The notes: generated by a model from the sequence alone, not told the origin. 64,000 nt of DNA from Blastocatellia bacterium (GCA_046565505.1 JBKHYJ010000050.1:32415-96414); one strand, 5' to 3'. Shown: positions 30,701 to 39,634, numbered from the stretch's first letter. Numbers and translations: made by a program.

Positions 30701-31908
30701 TCCGAGTCAGTTTGAAGTTGTCCTTGGCTTTTGGTAACGTGTGCAGAAAGTGCGCCAATGCGGTTCTCAACGTAATCATAATCCACTGAAAGATAAATGC
30801 GGACCAGTGGGATGCCATTAATTATATGCGATGGGACTTGTCCCTTGCCTGCATGTTGGAACGCTTCTACAGGGTAAGTATCGGGATCAACACTTCCACC
30901 AGCCAAGGTTTTACTGCGCGAACGCGCCATTTGCCTTAATTGCACAAGGTTTTCTGTGAAAGTAGGAATAGAACGTAACTGTGAAGCCTGTGCACTCATT
31001 AAGTCTAAGGTTGCGAGTTGATCTATATTTGTTATCCCGCAATTGTGTAAAGAACGCACAGTCGAAGGTTCTAGACTTAACAATTCTAATCGGCGTTCGC
31101 GTCCAGATTCTGGCAAACAATAAATATTGAATACACAGCCATCGCACTTTTCTTCAAGTTGATAACTCAGATCACCAATAGGGGTGTTTACAATCGCTTC
31201 GAATGGACCCTGCTGAGCCAAGAGTAGCTCAATATCTACTTGCTCCGTTTCCAAATCAAACGATGAAATCTCAAGAATAGCCTGTCCTTGGTTGGTGCTT
31301 TCGTCTATGCGCACGACTACACATTCCATATCATCCGGGGTTAGAGTTATTCCATTTACCACAACTGGATAAGCGAGAAGTAATTGTCTAACCAGCATAC
31401 TGTAAGCTGTAACCTGTATGCGATGATAAGTCCGATCGCGGCGGCTGGCTTTGGATTCAACCAAGCGCAAGCGTGGGCGGCCATTGCGCCATAAAATAAG
31501 GACAAAATCTATTACGCCTCGGACATCAAACGCGCCAATACTGCCGCTCACCTCTATTTCCCGACCATAAGCTGTCTGTCCTTCAGTAAGATTTAGAGCG
31601 TTAACCTTCGCCGCAAAGTCAGCCCAATTCGTTTTTTTCTGGTTATTTGATGCAGTTGCCGGTTTACTTGCAAAGGCAGTTGTATCTTTCAGCCCTGAGC
31701 GTAAGAGATATTGCTCCCATTCTTCTTCATGCTTTCTCCCCGCTTCTTCTAAAACCGGATCGATCGAATTGAAAAATCTAACTGAAAAAGGCAGTTTCTT
31801 TGATTCAGCACGGTCGTTGTATTCTAATTTGAAACGACGTTCACAAGAATTATGGCGAATGAATTCACCTATTTCAGTGACCCTAATGCGAGGTCTTCCT
31901 GCTGTCAT
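27721..31908 (-). CDS. Dna2/TM0106-like Fe-S RecB-type nuclease fused to a UPF1-like SF1 helicase
   Basis: N-terminal Cys, IDFV...VESK, QVTAY, CDGC-x5-C; GPPGTGKT, DEASM, GDHRQLAP, TPHRAQ, TVERLQGGE, NVAFSR. Confidence 0.87.
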   Translation of the reverse strand: MTAGRPRIRVTEIGEFIRHNSCERRFKLEYNDRAESKKLPFSVRFFNSIDPVLEEAGRKHEEEWEQYLLRSGLKDTTAFASKPATASNNQKKTNWADFAAKVNALNLTEGQTAYGREIEVSGSIGAFDVRGVIDFVLILWRNGRPRLRLVESKASRRDRTYHRIQVTAYSMLVRQLLLAYPVVVNGITLTPDDMECVVVRIDESTNQGQAILEISSFDLETEQVDIELLLAQQGPFEAIVNTPIGDLSYQLEEKCDGCVFNIYCLPESGRERRLELLSLEPSTVRSLHNCGITNIDQLATLDLMSAQASQLRSIPTFTENLVQLRQMARSRSKTLAGGSVDPDTYPVEAFQHAGKGQVPSHIINGIPLVRIYLSVDYDYVENRIGALSAHVTKSQGQLQTDSDWDSQNKRWIYDSEVKERFVTGVDYTTKKPIYEKRALISHEVIEFKSSQWTGRYDEDTGSEREIIQGFLRKLIDVIAEVAATDFAPIHFYVWSKSEIARLIEACSRVGSGLLGHLRELLGCRDSLEQLIYSSLKDEVDHRYALGWTGRGLAVVSSLLWYGRRYHWVRKIAGRDVELDRIFEQDIFDFKTTLRLKSDNTWAKDGESATPYKFEIRSRFSDSLTAPYWRAYWGQLDASKPGIIPPVRSAIERYNQAAKPRHLEEYFRARVHALRWVEENIRFKNDEITKPLMNIAELQSFTLGVNDPARAAIDFLRLDRHVATTEWIAAHLVPPAARVPKGRTIPITNIRVTSPNRLLASIDLSGYDINYSALESRCGFVEGDFVRLTVSHADPHTGQTFSMLMRYGSNCIIDGVDWASRQIRLSVIPRKDASRYILQSADFRDQSRMKITHATIDESPSDFVRGHVDDRLSSRLGSHAYDWFNSQSPIVPAITPPTATMLATYDSLLQNLPVPPAGKNLQEDQRKAVVNGLTTKIQLLQGPPGTGKTTTSSVATLLRILAKRQVRDIVLIAANTHTAINTLLKKVDELLPDFSKYVMDNGLTMPPTKLSKVQSSSAYDPTSGNIEDFAADKAASTVKNLRKDAILIIGGTTGAILKMVRKLDISADFKHGFQVPLLILDEASMMVFPDFLALATLVQPDGEIMLTGDHRQLAPIVAHDWDREDRPPVVLYQPFVSAYEAVQRIKRNISVGTPIPDEAILLSSLCYTFRLPAEIRELISRLYRLDEIELQGPPMGNALPLVPGESVNAWQSVWEGETGLYLVSHNERESKQSNEIEVNIIERILDAGGERPSNSIAIVTPHRAQRTLLQTRLSRFSKSVDVIDTVERLQGGERPTVFVSGTASDPAAIGASAKFILDLNRSNVAFSRTQQRLIVVVSESLLNHIPVEYENYESTMLWKALRSICTELVADENIDSHIVRVLTLRREGLLAKLQEN

Positions 31909-31935
31909 TTCTAAAACTCCTATTCAGGATTATTG

Positions 31936-33366
31936 CTATTCAGCACGGAACGAAACTGATGGCGGTACGATCCGTACTGTAGAAAGATTGCTTCTTTGAA
32001 TAAAGAGGGCTTCACTAGCTTGCTTTTCAGCACTTGCTAGGAGTGAAGGGGTTTCGAAGAGCCTTTTGGCTATTTCTTTGACTACCTCAACATGGACGGC
32101 ATTGCCCAAAGCCTTAAATGCTGCTGTGCGTGATTCAGGAAGAATATGATCATCGCTAAAGCCTTGTAACCGTAATGCTTCTATGCGGGTTATAAAACGG
32201 CGTTCTGGTCCTAGTATCGGAATCTGCGTATTCGTCATAGAAACGAGTGTAGGAATTGTCGAGTACCGTTTTACACGTAACCCAGAAGGCCGGAACTGGA
32301 GGACATGATCCCACAAATCCCTTTTCTCACCATTACAATTCCATTCAAATTTTCTGAGTGATAAAGGAAAGGTGCGAAGTTTCGTAATCCATTTCTTGGT
32401 AAAGAAGCGGCGGTGTTTAGTGAGCCATTCGCGGTTCTGCCTTATGAATTGGATTTTCCACTTTGGGAACTTCTCTTCCTTCGACTGAGCATAGCTTGGA
32501 AGCAGTTTGAACAATTGTTCGTGTATGAGATCATGAACATAGTCAGGATGTGCATTTAAGGCCAATTTTAAGGCTCCTGTGGTCATCAGGTAGGGTGTGT
32601 GTTCTTCAAATCTGTATCTAGCATCTAACTCATCACACCATATAGGAAAAGAGGGAAGCTCAACTTCATGAGATATGCGCTTTAGCAACAGATTCCAATG
32701 TTCAATGCATTCCAGTTGCTGTTGAGAGAGTTTTGATTCCTCTCGGTGCATCTTTTTTAATTCGCGCGAGCGCTGGACAATGGTGGCGAGAGTTGTTTCG
32801 CGATAGCGATCAATATCGGGAAAAAGATTTTCAGGAAGTGGTTTGCCACTTCGGGCGACTATATAAAACCTCTCCCTTGTGTGCGGATAGCCTAGATGAT
32901 GCGGTGAAAGCAATCCGTTCCCACCACTGTTAACGTGCTCAGTACCTTTAACACAGTAGTCCAAATTTTCGAGTGCTTGTTTAACTACTTTCCAGGTACG
33001 TCCATTGTCATGCCTTTGAAAGTTACCTACGTTTTCAAGGATTATATACTCAGGCTTGTGCTTTTTCAGAATCTTTATGATTTCATGAAAAAGCGTCCCA
33101 TGTATCTGGTCATCCATACCTTTTTGAGAGCCACTTTTTGAGAAGGGCTGACAGGGAAAACCCGCACATAGGATATCGTGTGCAGGCACTTCATTTCTGT
33201 GCTTACGGATATCACCCACACTCTTGCTCGCCGTGGCAGGAAAGTTCTGACAGTAGAGTTCTCGAAGCTCATCTTGAATTTCTGAAGCGAATACACATTC
33301 GTGGCCGAGTTGGCTTAAAGCAACATGAAAGCCGCCGAGTCCGGCAAAAAGATCAACAAATCTCAT
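31936..33366 (-). CDS. dcm: DNA (cytosine-5)-methyltransferase
   Basis: FAGLGG, GFPCQ, ENV, RER, RLQGF and GNAV; AAGGAGG RBS before ATG 33366. Confidence 0.95.
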   Translation of the reverse strand: MRFVDLFAGLGGFHVALSQLGHECVFASEIQDELRELYCQNFPATASKSVGDIRKHRNEVPAHDILCAGFPCQPFSKSGSQKGMDDQIHGTLFHEIIKILKKHKPEYIILENVGNFQRHDNGRTWKVVKQALENLDYCVKGTEHVNSGGNGLLSPHHLGYPHTRERFYIVARSGKPLPENLFPDIDRYRETTLATIVQRSRELKKMHREESKLSQQQLECIEHWNLLLKRISHEVELPSFPIWCDELDARYRFEEHTPYLMTTGALKLALNAHPDYVHDLIHEQLFKLLPSYAQSKEEKFPKWKIQFIRQNREWLTKHRRFFTKKWITKLRTFPLSLRKFEWNCNGEKRDLWDHVLQFRPSGLRVKRYSTIPTLVSMTNTQIPILGPERRFITRIEALRLQGFSDDHILPESRTAAFKALGNAVHVEVVKEIAKRLFETPSLLASAEKQASEALFIQRSNLSTVRIVPPSVSFRAE

Positions 33367-33388
33367 ACTCCTCCTTAGGCTTTCCGTT

Positions 33389-33862
33389 TCAACTTGTAAG
33401 TGCCTTGTTTTTATGTCGGCGAGCGTCAACCGCACTCTTTATTAAAGCAGCCGCAGCCTCTGGGTCTCGGAGAATATCGGTTTCCCAGAGACGAATAACA
33501 TGCCAGCCAGCTTCTTGCAACCTGGATGTATTTCGTATGTCGCGCTCAATGTTACTTGCTATCTTGGCAGACCAATATGTTGCGTTTGTACCTTGCTCAA
33601 GCTTAGACTTGAGCGTCTGCCATTTGCGACCGTGCCAAAAGTCACCATCGCAAAATACAACTACCCGCACGCCTGAAAAGACAATGTCTGGTTTTCCTGG
33701 TAAAGTCTCTACATTCTTTCTAAATCGAAGGCCAAGCCGCCATAGTTCGCGCCGCAGTAATACTTCATGTTTAGTATCGCGCCGCCGATTACTACGCTTG
33801 ACCTGGGAACTCGCAGCCGATGCAGGCTTAAATCCAGTGAAGGAGGGGACCTTCCTTGCCAT
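33389..33862 (-). CDS. vsr: Very short patch repair endonuclease
   Basis: DTKHE, LPGKPDI, DGDFWHG and IRLWE motifs; adjacent to the C5 methyltransferase. Confidence 0.95.
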   Translation of the reverse strand: MARKVPSFTGFKPASAASSQVKRSNRRRDTKHEVLLRRELWRLGLRFRKNVETLPGKPDIVFSGVRVVVFCDGDFWHGRKWQTLKSKLEQGTNATYWSAKIASNIERDIRNTSRLQEAGWHVIRLWETDILRDPEAAAALIKSAVDARRHKNKALTS

Positions 33863-34203
33863 TCCTAACCCTGTGTGAGTCTCATCACGGGGCAAAGTGT
33901 ATAATGATTATTGGAAGTTGCCAAGATATTTCAGCAAGTTTAGATGTCCTTCTTAAACAACCCTGTCCCAATTCTGATTTAAGGACGGGGGAGAACTAGT
34001 AGTTGTGCATTTGTTGGATAAGTTAACGGGCAATCATGTACGGACTGAAAACGGACTCAGTAATAGATGAGTCGAATCTCCCGGTGGCCTTAGACTGTGC
34101 TTTTGAGGGGCGTCTCACCATGAAGCGCGCATGATAGACTTATAGAAAGAGCAGCAAAGCAAATTTTTCACGTTTTTCCCGCAGTCGCGCCCTTGCTGAA
34201 TTC

Positions 34204-34482
34204 TTAATTTTCGAGACGCCTGCGCATTCTCTCCTGACCAATGATCATCAATGAAATGGCGCAGAATGTATAAGCGTCCTTGTAGATTATCACTTCATAG
34301 CCGTCCGCATATACCTTCAGCGCCAGCCGGTAGGCTTCCGCCCCCTGGAACAGCAACTCTATGAAGTGGTCAAGATTGGCTTGCTCTACCTGCAAGCCGC
34401 AGCCTTCTCTGAGTGTCTTTAGGTTGCTCTGACATCCAAAGTCCCCTTCACAACAATCATTCAGCCGCCTAACACTTCGCAT
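34204..34482 (-). CDS. Hypothetical protein
   Basis: ORF co-oriented with the phage-like operon; no motif. Confidence 0.35.
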   Translation of the reverse strand: MRSVRRLNDCCEGDFGCQSNLKTLREGCGLQVEQANLDHFIELLFQGAEAYRLALKVYADGYEVIIYKDAYTFCAISLMIIGQERMRRRLEN

Positions 34483-34557
34483 TAGTGTGCGCTCACAGCG
34501 TATATTACAACTGCTTTTTGATTAGAAGCATAGGGCCGCTCGCATCGGCCCCTTTAA

Positions 34558-34941
34558 TCACTTCCTTTTTGCGGCTGCAATCAGGCTCTCAAGCTTGCGC
34601 TCTGGCGTTACCAGCAGAACAATGACTGCCAACTCCACTCGCTTGAAGAAAGCGGCTATACGCTTGCTACTATTCACGCGCTCGCGCTTGAGAGTGGAGT
34701 ATGTAGCTGAAGTCTCACCGCTAACCCATTCGAGTTCTGACAGCAAGTAATCGCCCTTTCGCCTATCACACGCAGAGCATGAGGCAGCCAGGTTGAAAGT
34801 CGCGTTCGTTCCCCCTCTCGATGTAGGGATGATGTGATCTATCACAAGCTTTGACGAGTCGAACACTTTTCCGCACAGGTAGCAGGTTGACTTGTCTCGC
34901 TCAATTATCTCATCTCGCCTCAACTGGCCGGGGCCGCTCAT
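34558..34941 (-). CDS. HNH endonuclease
   Basis: RD..TCYLCG...IDHIIP..RGG...NL...CSACDRRKG. Confidence 0.85.
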   Translation of the reverse strand: MSGPGQLRRDEIIERDKSTCYLCGKVFDSSKLVIDHIIPTSRGGTNATFNLAASCSACDRRKGDYLLSELEWVSGETSATYSTLKRERVNSSKRIAAFFKRVELAVIVLLVTPERKLESLIAAAKRK

Positions 34942-35043
34942 CGAAAAGCCTCAGTCAGAGACTCCCCGGTGAGCTTCAGAATCAAACGTTGCCGCAATGG
35001 AAACGCTAAAAGGTTGCTAGGTGAAGCGCCAGTGCGGAGGGTC

Positions 35044-35517
35044 TTAGCTTTCATTTGCGCCCCCTTCCGCTTGGCTGCGCTGTGCGCGCACCATTTCTCT
35101 GTAGGATACGACAGCATAGCAACCCGCACGGCTGAACCGAAAAGCGGCGTAGAGCAGGTCATCAACTTCCCTATACGCGATGTAAGTTTCTCCTCGTTCA
35201 ATCGCGCTGATGATTGCTTCTGTTAGCTGCCTGTAGGCTCTCCGCTTCGATTCTTTAGCTATCTTACGAACCGCTTCAATGTCGCCTGCGTGTGCAGCGG
35301 TGGATAAAGCGTCGAGCCTGCCTGCAAGGGTGTCTAACTCATTAAGGCCACATTTGCCGATAAGATTGTCTCGAACGTCTTGAGGTATGAGCGGACGCAA
35401 TTCGACTTGCCCCGCTTGATTATTTCGGGTCTTTTGTGCTGGCATGATGATACCTTTCAGACATGCAGCGATGCATGCCGGAAGATGGGCAGGGTGATAC
35501 TTTGTAAGGGTGTCCAC
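35044..35517 (-). CDS. Hypothetical phage-like protein
   Basis: Helical ORF in the leftward operon; start uncertain. Confidence 0.5.
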   Translation of the reverse strand: MDTLTKYHPAHLPACIAACLKGIIMPAQKTRNNQAGQVELRPLIPQDVRDNLIGKCGLNELDTLAGRLDALSTAAHAGDIEAVRKIAKESKRRAYRQLTEAIISAIERGETYIAYREVDDLLYAAFRFSRAGCYAVVSYREMVRAQRSQAEGGANES

Positions 35518-35597
35518 CCTGCCCTAGCCATATATGGACTTCTAGATATTTCTTCATTTCTGAAGATTTACCCGAAAGTCAGCTTTGTGAATGGCTT

Positions 35598-36722
35598 CTA
35601 CTTCCCGAAAGGTGATGGCGGGGCGTGCGGTGTGAATGAGTATCTGAGGCGTGATTGAATTGTAATGATCGTATCTAGCGAACGGCGGAATTGATGACAC
35701 AGCGGATCATTGTTACCGCGTAATAGTGACGGCTCGCCATGAATATTCCTAGTAGCGCGGGCCTGCTTTTCCTCCCTCTTCTCTTCAGCATGGACCTGTG
35801 GCACTGCAATGATGATCGGTTGCGCCTCCTGCTCTGCTAGGTCCGCTGCAACATCATTTCTGGTTTCCACCCATTCGTGATAGGTGGCCGCGAGCGGGGA
35901 GGCACAGGCTAAGGCTGAGAGCTTAGCGGCTTCCCGTAGCCTACCTACGGCATGAAGGTTTACAGCGTAGTTGTTGAGGCAATCGAAATAGAGGCGCGGA
36001 TTGATTCGAGCGAAGGCGCGCACAATCGGCGCGATTTGCTCAAGCAATGCTATAGCGGCATGGTAGTCACCCGCTAAGTTATAATTAAACGCGACCGCCC
36101 TATTAGTTTCTATGCGGGTCCAGTAGTCGGCTTCTGCAGTCTTGAGGGTTTGAGAGTAGAAGGCTAATTCCGTTGCAATCTTGCCTTGATAGCCGCTTAC
36201 TGCACCGAGAGCTAAAAGAGCTTTTGCTTTGAATTGAGCCGGGGCGTAATCAGCAGCGAACTCGAAAAGCCTCTCCGCTTGCTCAAGATTCCCTTTGCCT
36301 AGATTCTGTTGTGCTAATCCCAGATAGTAAGCCGCAATCGGTTTATAATTCGTGTGGTCGGCGAGTGCCTGGCTAATGAGTGCAAGTGTGTCTAGCTGTC
36401 TTGTGTCGTATGCGCCTTGCGCGGCTCGAATCAGGCGCTTTGCTGATACATCGTTCTGGAGGTTTGAACCGATGAAGAGAGTAACATTGTTTTGTGCAAG
36501 CGTGATTCTTTGCTTATGCCTGTCATTAATTGCATTGGCTGGGCAGACCCGGCCAAGCGGCGCATACTGCGAGCCGGTCGATAACGTGACTTGCTTTGAA
36601 GGCGATGGCGGCGCGACCGGCGCAACGGCAGGGCCAGCGGGCGAGACTGAACAGACCCCTACCGCATCGCCAACCGGCGATGAGTTGAACGGTCTATTTG
36701 TTTTCGCGCTGGCTATCTTCAT
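35598..36722 (-). CDS. TPR-like helical repeat protein (start uncertain)
   Basis: TPR-like units AAYYLGLAQ..GNLEQAERLFE, ALLALGAV, AGDYHAAIALLE and LNNYAVNL...GRLREA. Confidence 0.8.
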   Translation of the reverse strand: MKIASAKTNRPFNSSPVGDAVGVCSVSPAGPAVAPVAPPSPSKQVTLSTGSQYAPLGRVCPANAINDRHKQRITLAQNNVTLFIGSNLQNDVSAKRLIRAAQGAYDTRQLDTLALISQALADHTNYKPIAAYYLGLAQQNLGKGNLEQAERLFEFAADYAPAQFKAKALLALGAVSGYQGKIATELAFYSQTLKTAEADYWTRIETNRAVAFNYNLAGDYHAAIALLEQIAPIVRAFARINPRLYFDCLNNYAVNLHAVGRLREAAKLSALACASPLAATYHEWVETRNDVAADLAEQEAQPIIIAVPQVHAEEKREEKQARATRNIHGEPSLLRGNNDPLCHQFRRSLDTIITIQSRLRYSFTPHAPPSPFGK

Positions 36723-36744
36723 GCTCTACAGGCTCAAGGTGTGA
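36472..36744 (+). CDS. Small exported/membrane peptide, antisense to the 5' end of the TPR gene
   Basis: GGAGG at 36458-36462, signal peptide ending ALA, Cys pair, G/T/P linker, C-terminal hydrophobic helix and basic tail. Confidence 0.75.
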   Translation: MKRVTLFCASVILCLCLSLIALAGQTRPSGAYCEPVDNVTCFEGDGGATGATAGPAGETEQTPTASPTGDELNGLFVFALAIFMLYRLKV

Positions 36745-37305
36745 ACCCTTGATAGAAGCGCAAGCCGCTGTTGCTTTCGACACGCCCAGCGGCATGCGCC
36801 CTCGCGCGAGTCTAAGCCTCTCGGCCCAGCTCCGCACGCTCATTAATTCCCTGCTGTGATCGGATCAAGTGCTTGACCGCTTTCGTGCTCACGTCCTCTT
36901 GTCCGCAAATGAATCCGCGCCTGTGTTAGTGGCTCGCGCGGCCTGTCGCGTATACTGCCTTGCTTACCCTCCGCTAGTCAAACAATTCGGAAGCTATACC
37001 ACATTCGGAGCAACTGACGTTCAACTATTTTGCCGCCTTTGGCATCCTGTATGGTCTATTTAAAACCGTGCCCCTCTTTTGCGCTGGATATTTTCGTGCT
37101 TCTGCTGTTGCCGTCCGTCTTACCCCACTTATGTTGTGTGCAGAGCGGGCCGCGGGAGCTTCCGTAGAACGCCCGCCCGCCACAGACTGCGCAATTCAAT
37201 TTCATCTGTTGGGTCATTCGCGCGGCACTGCTTCGCTTGCTTCTCATTGCTTTTACTCCGGCCCGAAGTGAGGGCAAGGACGATCCCCCGCCCTCATCCG
37301 GCACA

Positions 37306-37680
37306 TCACTGTGTTAGTCGAGCGATTGCCAGATCGCGTTCAAGCTGGATAGTCCGCTTGATCCCTTCAGGCACTACACTGTTAAAGCTTGCCGCTATCT
37401 GCTCGGCCTCGCCTTCGCTAGTGGCTAGCTGTATGCGCCAGATCGTGAGCACTGCGCCGACGAAGCAAGCCCATGTGTGTTTGCAGATCATGCGGCGGCT
37501 CATCGAATCCGGGCAGGTGCAGCCGGTGGTTGACTCCACAATGTAATGCGCGTCCCCTCGCTCGCTCCTGACAACATATGTGCCGTTCCCGATGTGCCGA
37601 ACAAGGTTTGACTCATAGACTCGCATCCCGCGCTCTATGCGGTCTGCCGTAACACCTGATGTTAAAGCTATGCTGTTCAT
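37306..37680 (-). CDS. SWIM zinc finger protein
   Basis: YIV...CTCPD...CKH; AAGGA RBS. Confidence 0.82.
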   Translation of the reverse strand: MNSIALTSGVTADRIERGMRVYESNLVRHIGNGTYVVRSERGDAHYIVESTTGCTCPDSMSRRMICKHTWACFVGAVLTIWRIQLATSEGEAEQIAASFNSVVPEGIKRTIQLERDLAIARLTQ

Positions 37681-37729
37681 ATCGGTTTCCTTCTGTGAGT
37701 TGGTATAGCAGCCGCGCCCCTGCTCTGTT

Positions 37730-38116
37730 CTAGTATTTCTCTCCCAGCTTGCGGTGATAAGTCACCCATTCACCCGGCCCATACCCTTCATGACAGTAGC
37801 GGTGCTCGCTTGTCACTTCGCGGCACTCATCCCTAAAGCAATCAACCGCCCTGCCGCACGTTATACATTCGTGTGAGTGCGGCCCGCTGACCGGCACTCG
37901 CGCCGCTTTCTCCGCTTCTGCTCTGTGGTTGAGTATGCCGTTAAGCTCCCACACTAATGTTTGAGCCTCTTCTAGGGTTAAAGTATCCAGCGTTTTGTTG
38001 AATCGCTCTTGCGCTAATGCGCTCGCATCGCATTCTGCGTACTCGGCATTGACTCTAAGCTGAGCGAGCCAGCTCGTCCCCTTTGCTAATTGCTGCTGTT
38101 GTTTTGTTGCGGTCAT
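37730..38116 (-). CDS. Hypothetical protein with Cys/His cluster
   Basis: GAGGAG RBS; HSHECITC...C....C......YCH. Confidence 0.65.
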   Translation of the reverse strand: MTATKQQQQLAKGTSWLAQLRVNAEYAECDASALAQERFNKTLDTLTLEEAQTLVWELNGILNHRAEAEKAARVPVSGPHSHECITCGRAVDCFRDECREVTSEHRYCHEGYGPGEWVTYHRKLGEKY

Positions 38117-38166
38117 AATCTCCTCATCAGGCGAAGCGGGCCGCGATTGTGCGGCCCTCGCTTCTG

Positions 38167-38433
38167 TCAGTGCGCGTAGTGCATCAAGTAGTAGGCGCGG
38201 TCGAATTCATACGCTGGATGTGTGCGAACATTCAAAAGGTTGAATGACCAGGCGCGGGTTATCGCGCTCATCTTCCCCCAAGCTATGAAGTCGCCTTTAT
38301 TGCTATGGTGATTTCTGTGGCAATGCTTATGAGTAGGAGCGACATCGACGCCGCCCCTGCTCTTGTAGATCGGGTGATGGTATTCAACCTCATCCTGCGC
38401 GGTGATCGGCTGATGGCAGAGATAGCAAATCAT
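38167..38433 (-). CDS. Small HNH-like protein
   Basis: CYLCHQPI...EYHHP..KSRGG...HKHCH; ATGA overlap with the upstream gene. Confidence 0.75.
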   Translation of the reverse strand: MICYLCHQPITAQDEVEYHHPIYKSRGGVDVAPTHKHCHRNHHSNKGDFIAWGKMSAITRAWSFNLLNVRTHPAYEFDRAYYLMHYAH

Positions 38434-38684
38434 ATCTCTATCCCCTGATAGCGCCCGTTAGACTTCGGCTCCGGCTTGTGGTAGACCTTGCCGTCTGCCG
38501 TCGCTATGAAGTTTTCAGACTCATTGACCACAGCCGATTCGAGCGATGCGGACCATTCGGCGTAGCCTTCAAACTCTGCCGCATCTTCGGCCATCAGGGT
38601 CATAACTTCGTCGTATTCGCTCTCGCTTACTGAGTAGGTCTCTTCGGAGTAGACATTGGAATCGAAATTGTTGTAGTCTGTCAT
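38430..38684 (-). CDS. Small acidic protein, first gene of the leftward operon
   Basis: AAAGGA RBS; about 19 D/E versus 4 K/R in 84 aa. Confidence 0.72.
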   Translation of the reverse strand: MTDYNNFDSNVYSEETYSVSESEYDEVMTLMAEDAAEFEGYAEWSASLESAVVNESENFIATADGKVYHKPEPKSNGRYQGIEI

Positions 38685-38911
38685 TGAATGATCCTTTCGA
38701 GCCGTTAGAGCGGCTTGGAAATTAAAGGGCCGAACGCTGGTAACGCTCGGCCCTTTGCCTTTTGCTTAACTTCGTTATGGTTGCTTGTTGTCAGCAGGTG
38801 AGTGTCTTACTCACCCTAGCCTTGCGCTCGTCATCTACTCAGCACGGCAACAAATCAAATCCAGACCCTTTCGACTTCGCGCTTAATTGTCAATCAACTT
38901 GGTATGAGAGA

Positions 38912-38957
38912 AGTATACCAGAATACTTGTATATATCAAGAATAAAATACAAGTATT
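38912..38957 (-). promoter_or_regulatory. Sigma70-type leftward promoter overlapped by an inverted-repeat operator
   Basis: Minus strand TTGATA-16-TATACT with extended TG; inverted repeat AATACTTGTAT (38922-38932) / ATACAAGTATT (38947-38957). Confidence 0.68.
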
Positions 38958-39106
38958 TTTGTAGTAATGTGAAATATTTTGGTTTATAATGAGGCTAATT
39001 AGTAAAGGAGTCTACAAGTATGATTGGTGTAGCAGCAATAGATACTAGCTCAAATGGCGCAGATTATTTGTCCAATTCAGACGGGTATGTTACGGTTGCG
39101 CTCGAT

Positions 39107-39385
39107 ATGGCTAAAGTGAACGTGTCGCTGCGCATCCGTGAGCTTGCTGAGCCTGTGGGCATCAATAATCCTTACGAGTTGGCTAAGAGGACGGGCATGC
39201 CTTATGAGTCTTGTCGCTTGATATGGAGTGAAAAGACTCGCCGTATTGATCTTGGCACTATCGAGAAGCTGTGCGAAGTATTTGGCGTGATTCCAGGGCA
39301 ACTTTTTAAGTATGAGTCTGAGTCTGACGCATCAAGCGAATCAACTGAAAAGGCAAAAAAGAGTGGCAGCAGGCGGAAGGAATAG
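39107..39385 (+). CDS. Cro/C1-type HTH repressor
   Basis: ELAKRTGMPYESCRLIW...IDLGTIEKLCEVFGVIPGQLF; divergent from the early operon. Confidence 0.87.
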   Translation: MAKVNVSLRIRELAEPVGINNPYELAKRTGMPYESCRLIWSEKTRRIDLGTIEKLCEVFGVIPGQLFKYESESDASSESTEKAKKSGSRRKE

Positions 39386-39392
39386 GAGTGTT

Positions 39393-39634
39393 GTGATAAC
39401 TGGACTGCCAGAGTATCGCCCGCCTATTGAACAGAGCTTGCGCTGTGTGTGCGGCCAAAGATTCGTTGTGTATCTTGGCGCACCATTCCCTTTTAATGAA
39501 CAAGCATTTGAAGCAGCGCGTGAGCGTGCACAGCAGATGGGCGCTCGATTCATAGACGCACGCTCAACGCCTGGCTTATCTGCTCTTGTGGCGAGGTCTT
39601 GATGTTTGTTGAGGATGCGGCGGCTGTGATGTAG
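39393..39634 (+). pseudogene. Small Cys-rich (CVC...CSC) gene with a 1-bp deletion near 39570
   Basis: AGGAG plus GTG start; restoring one C, as in the copy at 42527-42604, gives TPWLICSCGEVLMFVEDAAAVM*. Confidence 0.6.

Noticed and set aside
34204-39634. Complete prophage
   Set aside because: Only early and regulatory-type genes; no terminase, capsid, tail or lysis genes
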